The translations under genes and the position numbers were made by a program. The notes under the pieces are model-generated. The model did not search any database. It worked only from the letters and a program-made list of their open reading frames with translations, and had not been told where the DNA came from. DNA of 64,000 nucleotides from Congzhengia sp. (GTDB taxonomy: Bacteria; Bacillota; Clostridia; UBA1381; UBA9506): assembly GCA_045635085.1 (NCBI GenBank), contig JAZRBM010000008.1:142936-206935 (forward strand), given 5' to 3'. Positions 19,867-29,272 of this stretch are shown one piece after another; the stretch's first letter is position 1; the number at the start of each line of letters is the position of its first letter.

Positions 19867-19895
19867 TTGACACATTTGTGCATCCGTAGTATAAT
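19867..19895 (+). promoter_or_regulatory. sigma-A type promoter (TTGACA-17-TATAAT)
   Basis: Consensus hexamers at 19867-19872 and 19890-19895, upstream of the aconitase gene. Confidence 0.65.
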
Positions 19896-19929
19896 TACAA
19901 TGATGAAAACAAGAAGGGAAGCGGATGTT

Positions 19930-21867
19930 ATGGGTTTAACTCTTGCGGAAAAAATTTTAAAAAGCCATATTATAGATGGCAAATTTGAAAAAAATACTGA
20001 AATTGGAATCAAAATTGACCAAACACTAACACAAGACGCAACAGGAACAATGGCATATCTTGAGTTTGAGGCTATTGGTATTCCAAGAGTAAAGACAGAA
20101 AGGTCTGTTGCATATATAGACCATAACACACTGCAGTCAGGCTTTGAAAATGCAGATGATCATCGTTTTATCGGTTCGGTTGCAAAAAAACACGGGATTT
20201 ATTTTTCACGTCCCGGCAACGGTATCTGCCACCAGGTACATCTGGAAAGATTTGGTGCTCCCGGTAAAACTTTGATTGGCTCTGACAGCCATACACCAAC
20301 AGGCGGCGGTATTGGTATGATTGCGATTGGTGCAGGCGGATTAGACGTTGCAGTTGCAATGGGCGGCGGAGCATATTATATCACATACCCCAATATTGTT
20401 AAGGTAAACTTAATAGGAAAGCTCGAGCCTTGGGCTGCTGCTAAAGACGTAATATTAGAAGTATTAAAAAGACTTACGGTTAAAGGTGGAGTTGGCAAGG
20501 TTATAGAATACTGCGGCGAAGGTGTAAAAACACTTTCTGTTCCGGAACGTGCAACTATTACTAATATGGGTGCAGAGCTTGGTGCTACTACCTCGATTTT
20601 TCCGTCAGATGATGTGACGCTTGAATTTTTAAAAGCACAGGGAAGAGCTGATGTTTGGAAAGAGTTGTCGGCAGATGATGATGCAGTTTATGATGAAGAG
20701 ATAACAATCGATTTATCAAAAATCGAGCCTGCGGCAGCTTGTCCTCATTCTCCTGACAATATAAAATCAATTAAAGAAATAGGAGCTATGAAAATCGACC
20801 AGGTATGCATTGGTTCTTGCACAAACAGCTCATACCAGGACATGATGAAAGTGGCACATATCTTAAAGGGCAAGACCATACATCCTGATGTATCATTATC
20901 TATTGCTCCGGGGTCAAAGCAGGTTTTAGGTATGCTTGCTGAAAACGGAGCGCTGTATGATATGATAGATGCGGGCGCAAGAATTTTAGAGAGTGCCTGT
21001 GGCCCTTGTATCGGTATGGGACAGTCTCCTAATTCAGGTGGTATATCACTTCGTACATTTAACAGAAACTTTGAGGGTCGTTCAGGTACAAAGGACGGTC
21101 AGGTTTATCTTGTTTCCCCTGAAACAGCGGCTATTTCAGCAATTACAGGCGTTTTAACAGACCCCAGAACAATAGGCGAAATGCCTGAAATTTTAATGCC
21201 TGAGCAGTTTAAAATTAATGATAATATGATAGAGCCTCCTGTTGATGAAAATGACATGGACAGTGTTGAAATTTTGCGTGGCCCTAACATTAAACCTTAT
21301 CCTAAAACCGAACCGTTATCCGATAAAATCGAATGTCAGTGTTCATTAAAAGTGGGAGATAATATAACAACAGACCATATTATGCCTGCAGGAGCAAAAA
21401 TCCTGCCACTTCGCTCAAATATACCGAAAATTTCAGAGCATTGCTTTGCAGTATGCGATGAAGAATTTCCAAAAAGAGCCCTGTCTTTAGGCTCGAGCAT
21501 TATTGTGGGTGGTTCAAACTACGGTCAGGGCTCATCAAGAGAGCATGCTGCCCTAGCACCACTTTATCTGGGCGTTAAGATTGTAATAACAAAGTCATTT
21601 GCAAGAATACATCGCTCAAACTTAATTAATGCAGGAATTCTGCCATTTACATTCTTAAACGAAGACGACTATGAAAAAATTTCTCAGGGCGATGAGCTTG
21701 TCTGTGATGGTTTGCTCGAATCGATTAAAAATGGCAAAAATATCATAGTTACAAATAAAACAACGAAAGAAAAAATAGAGTGCGTATGTGATTTATCAGA
21801 ACGTGCTAAAGACATTATAATCGCGGGCGGACTTTTGGACTATACAAGAGTCAAGCTTTCAAAATAG
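19930..21867 (+). CDS. aconitate hydratase
   Basis: Fe-S ligand motifs GSDSHT, IGSCTNSS and CGPCIG. ATG 19930 is chosen because the track start lies on the promoter. Confidence 0.9.
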   Translation: MGLTLAEKILKSHIIDGKFEKNTEIGIKIDQTLTQDATGTMAYLEFEAIGIPRVKTERSVAYIDHNTLQSGFENADDHRFIGSVAKKHGIYFSRPGNGICHQVHLERFGAPGKTLIGSDSHTPTGGGIGMIAIGAGGLDVAVAMGGGAYYITYPNIVKVNLIGKLEPWAAAKDVILEVLKRLTVKGGVGKVIEYCGEGVKTLSVPERATITNMGAELGATTSIFPSDDVTLEFLKAQGRADVWKELSADDDAVYDEEITIDLSKIEPAAACPHSPDNIKSIKEIGAMKIDQVCIGSCTNSSYQDMMKVAHILKGKTIHPDVSLSIAPGSKQVLGMLAENGALYDMIDAGARILESACGPCIGMGQSPNSGGISLRTFNRNFEGRSGTKDGQVYLVSPETAAISAITGVLTDPRTIGEMPEILMPEQFKINDNMIEPPVDENDMDSVEILRGPNIKPYPKTEPLSDKIECQCSLKVGDNITTDHIMPAGAKILPLRSNIPKISEHCFAVCDEEFPKRALSLGSSIIVGGSNYGQGSSREHAALAPLYLGVKIVITKSFARIHRSNLINAGILPFTFLNEDDYEKISQGDELVCDGLLESIKNGKNIIVTNKTTKEKIECVCDLSERAKDIIIAGGLLDYTRVKLSK

Positions 21868-21876
21868 GAGGACATT

Positions 21877-23088
21877 ATGGCAAAAATACAAATGAAAACA
21901 CCCCTGGTTGAGATGGATGGGGACGAGATGACCAGAATCATCTGGAAAATGATTAAGGATATATTGCTTATTCCTTATATTGATTTAAAAACAGAGTACT
22001 ACGATTTAGGTCTTGAATACAGAAACAAAACGAATGACAAAGTAACCATAGATTCTGCTGAAGCTACTAAAAAATATGGTGTTGCAGTTAAATGTGCTAC
22101 AATAACACCTAATGCTGCAAGAATGCCTGAATACAACTTAAAGGAAATGTGGAAATCTCCTAATGGCACGATAAGAGCAATTTTAGACGGTACAGTTTTC
22201 AGAACACCGATTATTGTAAAAGGAATAACACCCTACATTCCTACATGGACAAAGCCAATTACTATTGCCCGTCATGCGTACGGTGATGTGTATAAAAACA
22301 CAGAAATGCGCATAGATAAAGGCTCAAAGTGCGAACTGGTCGCAACGGATAAAGACGGCAATGAAACAAGACAGGAAATTTTTGATTTTAGTAATACCTC
22401 TGGTGTTATTCAGGGTATGCACAACACAGATAAGTCAATAGAGAGCTTTGCAAGAAGCTGTTTTAATTATGCACTTGATATGAAGCAGGATATCTGGTTT
22501 GCAACAAAGGATACAATATCTAAAAAATATGACCACAGATTTAAAGATATCTTTGCTGAAATTTTTGAGGCAGAATATAAGAAAAAGTTTGATGATGCAG
22601 GTATTGAATATTTCTATACATTAATAGACGATGCTGTAGCAAGAGTTATTCGTTCTGAGGGCGGATACATCTGGGCTTGTAAAAATTATGATGGCGATGT
22701 TATGAGCGATATGGTAGCAACGGCTTATGGCAGTCTTGCTATGATGACATCAGTTTTAGTTTCTCCCGATGGGGTTTATGAGTACGAGGCTGCTCACGGA
22801 ACAGTACAGCGTCACTACTACAAGCATTTAGCGGGCGAGGAAACATCTACAAATAGTGTGGCAACATTATTTGCATGGACAGGGGCACTTAGAAAACGCG
22901 GTGAGTTAGATGGTACTCCCAAGCTTTGTGACTTTGCCGAAAAGCTTGAAAAAGCCACAATCAAAACAATTGAAGACGGCGTTATGACGGGCGATTTGTA
23001 CTTGTTGTCAAAGCTTGTGGATAAGCGAAAGGTAAACACAGAAGAGTTTTTACTCGAGGTAAATGAAAGATTAAAGTCAATGCTATAA
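21877..23088 (+). CDS. icd: NADP-dependent isocitrate dehydrogenase (eukaryote-like subfamily)
   Basis: [20 protein letters not shown] and NYDGDVMSD motifs. Confidence 0.9.
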   Translation: MAKIQMKTPLVEMDGDEMTRIIWKMIKDILLIPYIDLKTEYYDLGLEYRNKTNDKVTIDSAEATKKYGVAVKCATITPNAARMPEYNLKEMWKSPNGTIRAILDGTVFRTPIIVKGITPYIPTWTKPITIARHAYGDVYKNTEMRIDKGSKCELVATDKDGNETRQEIFDFSNTSGVIQGMHNTDKSIESFARSCFNYALDMKQDIWFATKDTISKKYDHRFKDIFAEIFEAEYKKKFDDAGIEYFYTLIDDAVARVIRSEGGYIWACKNYDGDVMSDMVATAYGSLAMMTSVLVSPDGVYEYEAAHGTVQRHYYKHLAGEETSTNSVATLFAWTGALRKRGELDGTPKLCDFAEKLEKATIKTIEDGVMTGDLYLLSKLVDKRKVNTEEFLLEVNERLKSML

Positions 23089-23095
23089 AGTAGCC

Positions 23096-23140
23096 AAAAA
23101 CAGTTTGTTGCATATAATGCAATGAACTGTTTTTGTTTTG
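23096..23140 (+). terminator. intrinsic terminator after icd
   Basis: Long hairpin AAAAACAGTT...AACTGTTTTT with inner stem TTGCAT/ATGCAA, followed by TTTTGTTTT. Confidence 0.7.
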
Positions 23141-23150
23141 GGGTGTTTAT

Positions 23151-23855
23151 ATGCGGCTGGGTACAAAAAGGATAATACTAGCGCCAAAAAAAGCAAAAAA
23201 GCGCGCGAAGCTCTGTTTGGTTTTTGGGCTCTTTATCATAGTGATGAGTTTTTGCACCTATTACATATTTTGCATTTTGCGACCGTCTGTTGTGAGTATG
23301 GCAAAAGCCAAAGCAAAAGAGATTGGTGTTATGACAATAAACAGAGTAGTGGCAGAAAAACTTGGTGAAGAAAAGGTAGATATTGAAAAGCTTTTAGATT
23401 ATACGTATGACGGAGATGGAAAAATTGCATCCTTGAGCAGTAATGTATCGTTTGCAAGTAAGCTAAAGTCAGAGCTTGCACTGGATGTGACAAATGCAAT
23501 CAGCAGCATATCAAAAAGTGAAATTGGCATCACTATGGGAACGCTTTCAGGCATCGATATTTTATACGGGACAGGTCCGCTTATACCTGTTGAAATAAAG
23601 CCTTATGGATATGCTGATGCCGATATCAAAACGAAATTTCACGAAGAGGGAATAAACCAGACAGCTTTTGAAATTGTAGCAGAAGTTAGTGCAGACGTCT
23701 TCGTTTTAATGCCAAGCATCAGAAAAAGTCAAAAAATTACAACAACAGTGCCTATAATTTCTGCTGTTATCGTGGGTGATGTTCCGCAAAGCTATACAAA
23801 TGTCGACAGAGATGGTTACGAGTATGAAGATGATGTATTGCAGCTGGCAGAATAA
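23151..23855 (+). CDS. yunB: sporulation protein YunB
   Basis: N-terminal TM segment with YunB-like GTGPLIPVEIKP, EGINQT and VPIISAVIVGDVP. The start is set at ATG 23151. Confidence 0.7.
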   Translation: MRLGTKRIILAPKKAKKRAKLCLVFGLFIIVMSFCTYYIFCILRPSVVSMAKAKAKEIGVMTINRVVAEKLGEEKVDIEKLLDYTYDGDGKIASLSSNVSFASKLKSELALDVTNAISSISKSEIGITMGTLSGIDILYGTGPLIPVEIKPYGYADADIKTKFHEEGINQTAFEIVAEVSADVFVLMPSIRKSQKITTTVPIISAVIVGDVPQSYTNVDRDGYEYEDDVLQLAE

Positions 23856-23869
23856 AATAAAAAAACATA

Positions 23870-23898
23870 TTGACAAACGATAATTATTATGTTAAAAT
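23870..23898 (+). promoter_or_regulatory. sigma-A type promoter of the feo operon (TTGACA-17-TAAAAT, TGt)
   Basis: Hexamers at 23870-23875 and 23893-23898. Confidence 0.6.
23878..23892 (+). promoter_or_regulatory. Fur-box-like 7-1-7 inverted repeat inside the feo promoter spacer
   Basis: cGATAAT-T-ATTATgt versus consensus TGATAAT-N-ATTATCA (11 of 14 positions match). Confidence 0.4.
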
Positions 23899-23907
23899 TA
23901 ACCACAG

Positions 23908-23954
23908 TTAGTCAAGACTAATTTTTTTATTGATAAAGAGTTAGTCTTGTCTAA
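23908..23954 (+). promoter_or_regulatory. two TTAGTC-N2-GACTAA-type palindromes in the feo 5' leader (candidate operator)
   Basis: TTAGTCAAGACTAA (23908-23921, perfect palindrome) and TTAGTCTTGTCTAA (23941-23954). Confidence 0.4.
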
Positions 23955-23988
23955 TTAGATAAAATAAAGTCAGAATAAGGTGATATAT

Positions 23989-24204
23989 ATGAATTTAAGT
24001 GAAGCAGAAATAGGAAAAGAATATATTGTTCGCCGAATTGAAACTGACGACAGTGAGTTAGATGCGTTTTTGTTTTCGCTGGGCTGCTATACTGGTGAGC
24101 CGATTACAGTTGTTTTGCGGCAGAGAAGCGGTTGCGTAGTTTCCATCAAAGACGGCAGATATAATATTGACAATCAGCTTGCAGAAGCTATAATTATCTG
24201 CTAA
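23989..24204 (+). CDS. feoA: FeoA-family protein
   Basis: 71 aa with FeoA/SH3-like GKEYIVRRI...LGCYTGEPITVV. ATG 23989 follows AAGGTGA. Confidence 0.85.
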   Translation: MNLSEAEIGKEYIVRRIETDDSELDAFLFSLGCYTGEPITVVLRQRSGCVVSIKDGRYNIDNQLAEAIIIC

Positions 24205-24246
24205 AAAAAGCAAAAGCGGAAATAACTTTTACTTTTTGCCACTTAG

Positions 24247-24260
24247 TTAGTCTAAACTAA
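24247..24260 (+). promoter_or_regulatory. third TTAG..CTAA palindrome, in the feoA-feoB spacer
   Basis: TTAGTCTAAACTAA sits inside the larger AGTTAG-N6-CTAACT symmetry. Confidence 0.35.
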
Positions 24261-24303
24261 CTGCGACAATAAATAAATTTACATAAACATTGGAGGAACT
24301 AAA

Positions 24304-26322
24304 ATGAGAATTGCACTTGCGGGAAATCCCAACAGCGGCAAAACGACGATGTACAATGCTCTGACCGGAAAAAATGAAAAAGTCGGTAACTGGGCGGGTG
24401 TAACTGTTGAGAAAAAAGAACACCCGATTAAAAAAAGCCTCTGCAGCAATGATGAAAACCTGATAGCTGTAGACCTGCCGGGCGCATATTCAATGTCGCC
24501 TTTTACATCGGAAGAAAGCATTACAAGCTCGTATGTCAAAAATGAAAGCCTCGATGTGATAATCAACATAGTTGATGCTACAAATTTAAGCAGAAGCCTA
24601 TTTTTTACAACACAGCTTTTAGAGCTTGGAATTCCGGTTGTTGTTGCTTTAAATAAAACTGATATTAATGAAAAAAAGGAAACAAAAATTGATACAGAAA
24701 AGTTATCTGAAAAATTAGGCTGCCCCGTTGTTATGACAATTTCTACAACTGCAGACGGCGTAAAAGAGGTTGTTGATGCGGCGGTTTCTTTAAAGGGAAA
24801 GACACAAAGTGCTCCTTATCTTCAGGGTGATGTCGATTTAACTGATAAAAAGGCTATAGAAGCTGCAGACAGAAAGCGTTTTACATTTGTAAATGGTGTT
24901 GTTTCTTTGGTAGAAACACGAAAAGTTTTTACAAAGGACAAAAATTATCAGGATAAAATTGATGCTGTTCTTACGAATAAATGGCTCGGAATTCCGATAT
25001 TTGCAGTGGTAATGTATGCAGTGTTCTGGATTTCACAGGCAGGTCCCGGCGTGTGGATTGCGGACTGGCTGGTAGCTATTTTAGAAATCGGCCAGGAGTT
25101 TATTGGCGGATTGTTCACGGAAGCAAACCCTCTGCTTAGTGCATTGCTCGTTGATGGTGTTATTGGCGGTGTTATCGCAGTTATTGGCTTTTTGCCTTTA
25201 GTAATGGTAATGTACTTCCTTATAGCGTTGCTTGAAGACTGCGGATATATGGCACGTGTTTCTGTTGTTTTAGACCCGATATTTAAAAAAGTTGGTCTTT
25301 CAGGTAAATCGGTTATTCCGTTTGTAATTGGTACAGGTTGTGCCATTCCCGGTGTTATGGCGTGTCGTACCATAAGGAATGAACGCGAAAGGCGTGCAAC
25401 AGCTATGCTTGCGCCATTTATGCCGTGTGGTGCAAAGCTCCCTGTTATTGCGCTTTTTGCAGGTGTGTTCTTTAAGGATGCTTCCTGGGTAGGTACATTT
25501 ATGTATTTTGCAGGTATTGTTATCATATTCTTCGGTGCGTTGCTTGTTAATAAAATCACAGGACATAAATCAAGAAAATCTTTCTTTATCATTGAACTTC
25601 CTGAATATAAGCTTCCGAGCCTGTGGCGTGCGTTTGGTGCTATGTGTTCAAGAGGTAAGGCATACATAGTAAAGGCGGCAACAATTATTCTTCTTTGTAA
25701 CACAGCGGTACAGATTATGCAGACCTTTGACTGGAATTTTAAGGTGATAGAAGAAGGTATGGAAAGCACATCTATTCTAGCCTCAATTGCAAATCCCTTT
25801 GCGTATGTTCTGATACCTGTTATTGGTTATTTTAGCTGGCAGTTGGCTGCAGCTGCTGTCACAGGTTTTATTGCAAAGGAAAATGTTGTCGGTACACTCG
25901 CGGTTTGCTTTGGTATTTCTAATTTGATTAATCCTGAGGAGCTTGTGATTGTCGAGGGTGCAGCAACATCTGATATTGCCCTTGCTTTCGGTGGTGGAAG
26001 CATTGCGATGCCTGCAGTAGCGGCACTTGCGTACTTGATATTTAACTTATTTACACCGCCGTGCTTTGCGGCAATCGGTGCTATGAACTCAGAAATGAAA
26101 AGTGCAAAATGGCTCTGGGGTGGTATAGCACTACAGCTTTCAGTAGGCTTTACAGCAGGGTATTTGGTATACCAGATAGGCACACTTATTACAACAGGCA
26201 AAGTTGGTACAGGATTTGTTGCTGGACTTGTTGTGATAATTTTAATTGCCTTGGTCTTAACATATTTATGCGTAAGAGCAGACAAAAAAGAGTACATTAT
26301 TGGTAAATCGATAAACAGATAA
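24304..26322 (+). CDS. feoB: ferrous iron transporter FeoB
   Basis: G-domain GNPNSGKTT and DLPG, followed by a polytopic membrane domain. Confidence 0.95.
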   Translation: MRIALAGNPNSGKTTMYNALTGKNEKVGNWAGVTVEKKEHPIKKSLCSNDENLIAVDLPGAYSMSPFTSEESITSSYVKNESLDVIINIVDATNLSRSLFFTTQLLELGIPVVVALNKTDINEKKETKIDTEKLSEKLGCPVVMTISTTADGVKEVVDAAVSLKGKTQSAPYLQGDVDLTDKKAIEAADRKRFTFVNGVVSLVETRKVFTKDKNYQDKIDAVLTNKWLGIPIFAVVMYAVFWISQAGPGVWIADWLVAILEIGQEFIGGLFTEANPLLSALLVDGVIGGVIAVIGFLPLVMVMYFLIALLEDCGYMARVSVVLDPIFKKVGLSGKSVIPFVIGTGCAIPGVMACRTIRNERERRATAMLAPFMPCGAKLPVIALFAGVFFKDASWVGTFMYFAGIVIIFFGALLVNKITGHKSRKSFFIIELPEYKLPSLWRAFGAMCSRGKAYIVKAATIILLCNTAVQIMQTFDWNFKVIEEGMESTSILASIANPFAYVLIPVIGYFSWQLAAAAVTGFIAKENVVGTLAVCFGISNLINPEELVIVEGAATSDIALAFGGGSIAMPAVAALAYLIFNLFTPPCFAAIGAMNSEMKSAKWLWGGIALQLSVGFTAGYLVYQIGTLITTGKVGTGFVAGLVVIILIALVLTYLCVRADKKEYIIGKSINR

Positions 26323-26335
26323 GAGGAGTATGATT

Positions 26336-26497
26336 ATGGATAATATTTTAATTGTAGTTTCAATTGTTCTGATTATAGGTCTTGCAGGATTCTATGTGTA
26401 TAAATCAAAGAAAAGTGGCAGCAACTGTATTGGATGTCCTGATGGATGTTCGTGTGGCAGACATGGTGACGGCTGTCATCACGATGAGGATAAATAA
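26336..26497 (+). CDS. FeoB-associated Cys-rich small membrane protein
   Basis: Absent from the ORF track (53 aa). RBS AAGAGGAG lies 7 nt upstream. One TM segment (ILIVVSIVLIIGLAGFYVY) is followed by CIGCPDGCSCGRHGDGCHH. Confidence 0.7.
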   Translation: MDNILIVVSIVLIIGLAGFYVYKSKKSGSNCIGCPDGCSCGRHGDGCHHDEDK

Positions 26498-26595
26498 AGG
26501 GGCTGTAGCAAAATGCACAGATCACACAAGGCAAAAAAGATATAAAAAGTCCTTGAAGATTATCACTAAATCAAAAATGTAATAAAGTTTAATGA

Positions 26596-26630
26596 AGAGA
26601 TTCACCAAAAAGTGAATCTCTTTTATTTTA
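26596..26630 (+). terminator. intrinsic terminator of the feo operon
   Basis: Stem AAGAGATTCAC/GTGAATCTCTT followed by TTTTATTTT. Confidence 0.8.
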
Positions 26631-26633
26631 TTG

Positions 26634-26754
26634 CCTTGTGTTTCGGACAAACTTCGCCACTCAGCGTGCTCCAGCACGCTTTCGGGTAACCGAAATCAAG
26701 GAGCATCTTGCTTTCGCTCAGTTTGTCCAATCTGTGCTATTTTCCGTCCGCCCC
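26634..26754. other. orphan GC-rich structured intergenic element A (function unknown)
   Basis: Outer stem GGACAAACT/AGTTTGTCC (26645-26728) encloses hairpins AGCGTGCT-CC-AGCACGCT and TTTCGG-GTAA-CCGAAA. The element lies between two terminators. Confidence 0.35.
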
Positions 26755-26798
26755 AAAAAGAGGCTGTAGCAAAATGATTTCATTTTGCTACAGCCTCT
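26755..26798 (-). terminator. intrinsic terminator of asnS
   Basis: 19-bp stem AGAGGCTGTAGCAAAATGA/TCATTTTGCTACAGCCTCT, with a T-run on the minus strand (plus-strand AAAAA at 26755-26759). Confidence 0.85.
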
Positions 26799-26824
26799 TA
26801 ATTTTATAATATATTATTTAAATT

Positions 26825-28213
26825 TTAAAAATCTGCATTTCCTACAGTTCTTGGGAAAGGCAATACGTCACGGATATTTGACATACCAGTAAGATACATA
26901 ATAGCTCTTTCAAATCCAAGTCCAAAACCTGCATGGTGCGTACCGCCGTATTTTCTGAGGTCTAAGTACCACCAGTAGTCTTTTTCGTCAAGTCCTAGCT
27001 CTTTCATACGTGCAGCAAGTACATCCATACGCTCTTCTCTCTGGCTGCCGCCGATGATTTCGCCGATGCCAGGAACAAGGCAGTCCATAGCAGCCACGGT
27101 TTTTCCGTCATCATTCAATCTCATATAAAATGCCTTTATTTCCTTGGGATAATCTGTAACGAATACGGGTTTTTTGAATACCTCTTCTGTTAAATAGCGC
27201 TCGTGTTCTGTCTGAAGATCGCTGCCCCATTCAACGGGATAGTCAAAATTATCATTGTTTTTCTTTAAAATTTCAATGGCTTCTGTGTATGTTACCCTGC
27301 CGAAGTCAGAGCTTGCAACAAATTTTAAACGCTCAATTAACCCTTTATCAACAAAATTGTTCAAAAATTCCATTTCTTCAGGAGCGTTTTCTAAAACATA
27401 ATTAATAACGAATTTGAGCATATCTTCAGCAAGCTCCATATCGTCAGAAAGGTCAGCAAATGCAATTTCCGGTTCTATCATCCAGAATTCTGCTGCGTGA
27501 CGTGTTGTATTTGAATTTTCTGCTCTGAAGGTAGGTCCAAAGGTATACACATTTCTAAAAGCCATAGCGTATGTTTCGGCGTTTAACTGTCCGCTTACAG
27601 TAAGGTTTGCGCTCTTGCCGAAAAAGTCCTGAGAAAAATCAATGCTGCCATCCGATACAGGGATGTTTTCAAGGTCTAAAGTTGTGACCTTGAACATTTC
27701 GCCTGCGCCCTCACAGTCGCTTGCTGTGATTAGCGGAGTATGGGTATATACAAAATCTCTTTCGTTAAAGAATTTGTGAATAGCATAAGCTGCCAGGCTT
27801 CTTATCCTGAATACTGCAGAATATGTGTTTGTTCTTGGACGAAGGTGTGCTATTGTTCTTAAAAACTCAAACGAGTGTCTTTTTTTCTGCAAAGGATATT
27901 CGGGTGTTGATGCACCCTCTATATCGATTGACTGTGCTTTGATTTCAAAGGGCTGTTTAGCATCGGGCGTTAAAACAAGTTTGCCTGTGATGTTTAACGC
28001 AGCACCTACGTTTTGCGATGCAATTTCTTTATAATTTTCTAATAGTTCGCTTTCTGCAACAACCTGAATATTTTTAAAGAAGGTACCATCATTGATTTCG
28101 ATAAAACCAAAGGCGTTAGATGCTCTTATGGTTCTTATCCAACCTGAAATTTTTACCTCTTGTTCAGCATAGGTTTTTGTGTCTTTATAAATTTGTCTAA
28201 CTGTTGTCTTCAC
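26825..28213 (-). CDS. asnS: asparagine--tRNA ligase
   Basis: Class IIb motifs [20 protein letters not shown] and [10 protein letters not shown] place the start at GTG (plus 28213-28211), 7 nt after AGGAGG, giving 462 aa. Confidence 0.9.
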   Translation of the reverse strand: MKTTVRQIYKDTKTYAEQEVKISGWIRTIRASNAFGFIEINDGTFFKNIQVVAESELLENYKEIASQNVGAALNITGKLVLTPDAKQPFEIKAQSIDIEGASTPEYPLQKKRHSFEFLRTIAHLRPRTNTYSAVFRIRSLAAYAIHKFFNERDFVYTHTPLITASDCEGAGEMFKVTTLDLENIPVSDGSIDFSQDFFGKSANLTVSGQLNAETYAMAFRNVYTFGPTFRAENSNTTRHAAEFWMIEPEIAFADLSDDMELAEDMLKFVINYVLENAPEEMEFLNNFVDKGLIERLKFVASSDFGRVTYTEAIEILKKNNDNFDYPVEWGSDLQTEHERYLTEEVFKKPVFVTDYPKEIKAFYMRLNDDGKTVAAMDCLVPGIGEIIGGSQREERMDVLAARMKELGLDEKDYWWYLDLRKYGGTHHAGFGLGFERAIMYLTGMSNIRDVLPFPRTVGNADF

Positions 28214-28242
28214 TAATATTCCTCCTGTTTCTAGAAAGCTAT

Positions 28243-29250
28243 TTATAATATGTTTACGCCGCTTGCCTGGCATACGTTAAGTGTGTATTCATCCCAGATG
28301 CTCGACTGAACCTCGCCAATGTGAGCGCAGCCTAAAATCAGCATACAAAGTCTTGATTGACCGATGCCGCCGCCTATAGTAAGTGGCAATTCATCGTTTA
28401 AAAGCATCTTATGAAATGGGAGATTTCGTCTGTCGTCACACCCTGAAATAGTGAGTTGTTTGTCAAGTGCTGCCCTGTCTACACGGATGCCCATTGATGA
28501 AATTTCAACCGCACAGTCTAAGGTTTCGTGCCAGAAGAAAATATCGCCGTTTAGTGTCCAGTCGTCGTAGTCAGGTGCTCTTCCGTCGTGTGGCTTTCCT
28601 GATTTTAGTTTGCCACCAATTTGCATAATAAATGCAGTTTTGTGTACTTTTACAAAAGCGTTCTCGCGTTCTTTTGCGGTCAGGTCAGGGTACATATTTT
28701 CAAGCTCCTGTGTTGTGATAAATGCAACATCACGACACAGATGTGTTTTGAGCTGTGGAAAGCGTGTGTGCAACAGGTCGCTCGTTTCGCAGATAGCGCC
28801 TACTATTGCATCAACTACTTTTTTCAAATATTCAATATTACGCTTTTCTTTTGTAATGATTTTTTCCCAGTCCCACTGGTCAACATATATTGAATGCAGA
28901 TTATCAAGCTCTTCATCGCGTCTTATTGCGTTCATATCAGTATACAAACCGTTGCCAACTGCAAAATCATACTGTTTAAGAGCAAGTCTTTTCCATTTAG
29001 CCAGTGAGTGAACAATCTGGGCGTTTGCTCCAACTGCGGGAATATCAAATGTTACAGGACGTTCAAAACCATTTAAATTATCGTTAAGGCCTGAATTTTC
29101 AGCAACAAACAAAGGTGCTGTGACTCTTTTTAAATTAAGTGCATCTGCAAACTCTTTCTGAAATGTCGACTTGATATTAGATATAGCTCTTTGCATGTCA
29201 TAAGTGTCAAGAGCAGCCTTATATCCTTCTGGTATAAAGGTTTTGTTCAT
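28243..29250 (-). CDS. asnA: aspartate--ammonia ligase (asparagine synthetase A)
   Basis: Close match to the AsnA signature VHSLAKWKR...YVDQWDWEK...SSMGIRVD...[12 protein letters not shown] 29250 follows AGGAG. Confidence 0.9.
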   Translation of the reverse strand: MNKTFIPEGYKAALDTYDMQRAISNIKSTFQKEFADALNLKRVTAPLFVAENSGLNDNLNGFERPVTFDIPAVGANAQIVHSLAKWKRLALKQYDFAVGNGLYTDMNAIRRDEELDNLHSIYVDQWDWEKIITKEKRNIEYLKKVVDAIVGAICETSDLLHTRFPQLKTHLCRDVAFITTQELENMYPDLTAKERENAFVKVHKTAFIMQIGGKLKSGKPHDGRAPDYDDWTLNGDIFFWHETLDCAVEISSMGIRVDRAALDKQLTISGCDDRRNLPFHKMLLNDELPLTIGGGIGQSRLCMLILGCAHIGEVQSSIWDEYTLNVCQASGVNIL

Positions 29251-29272
29251 GGTAATCAACTCCTGTTACGAT

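Noticed and set aside
24948-26297. Long antisense ORFs inside feoB (273 aa at 24948-25769 and 156 aa at 25827-26297)
   Set aside because: They lie opposite a confidently identified feoB. Their composition (rich in I, T, S, P, A) is typical of the reverse frame of a membrane protein gene, and they have no RBS or motifs.
26382-26582. 66-aa track ORF downstream of feoB
   Set aside because: It is out of frame with the well-supported 53-aa Cys-rich membrane peptide (26336-26497), has no RBS, and has basic low-complexity content.
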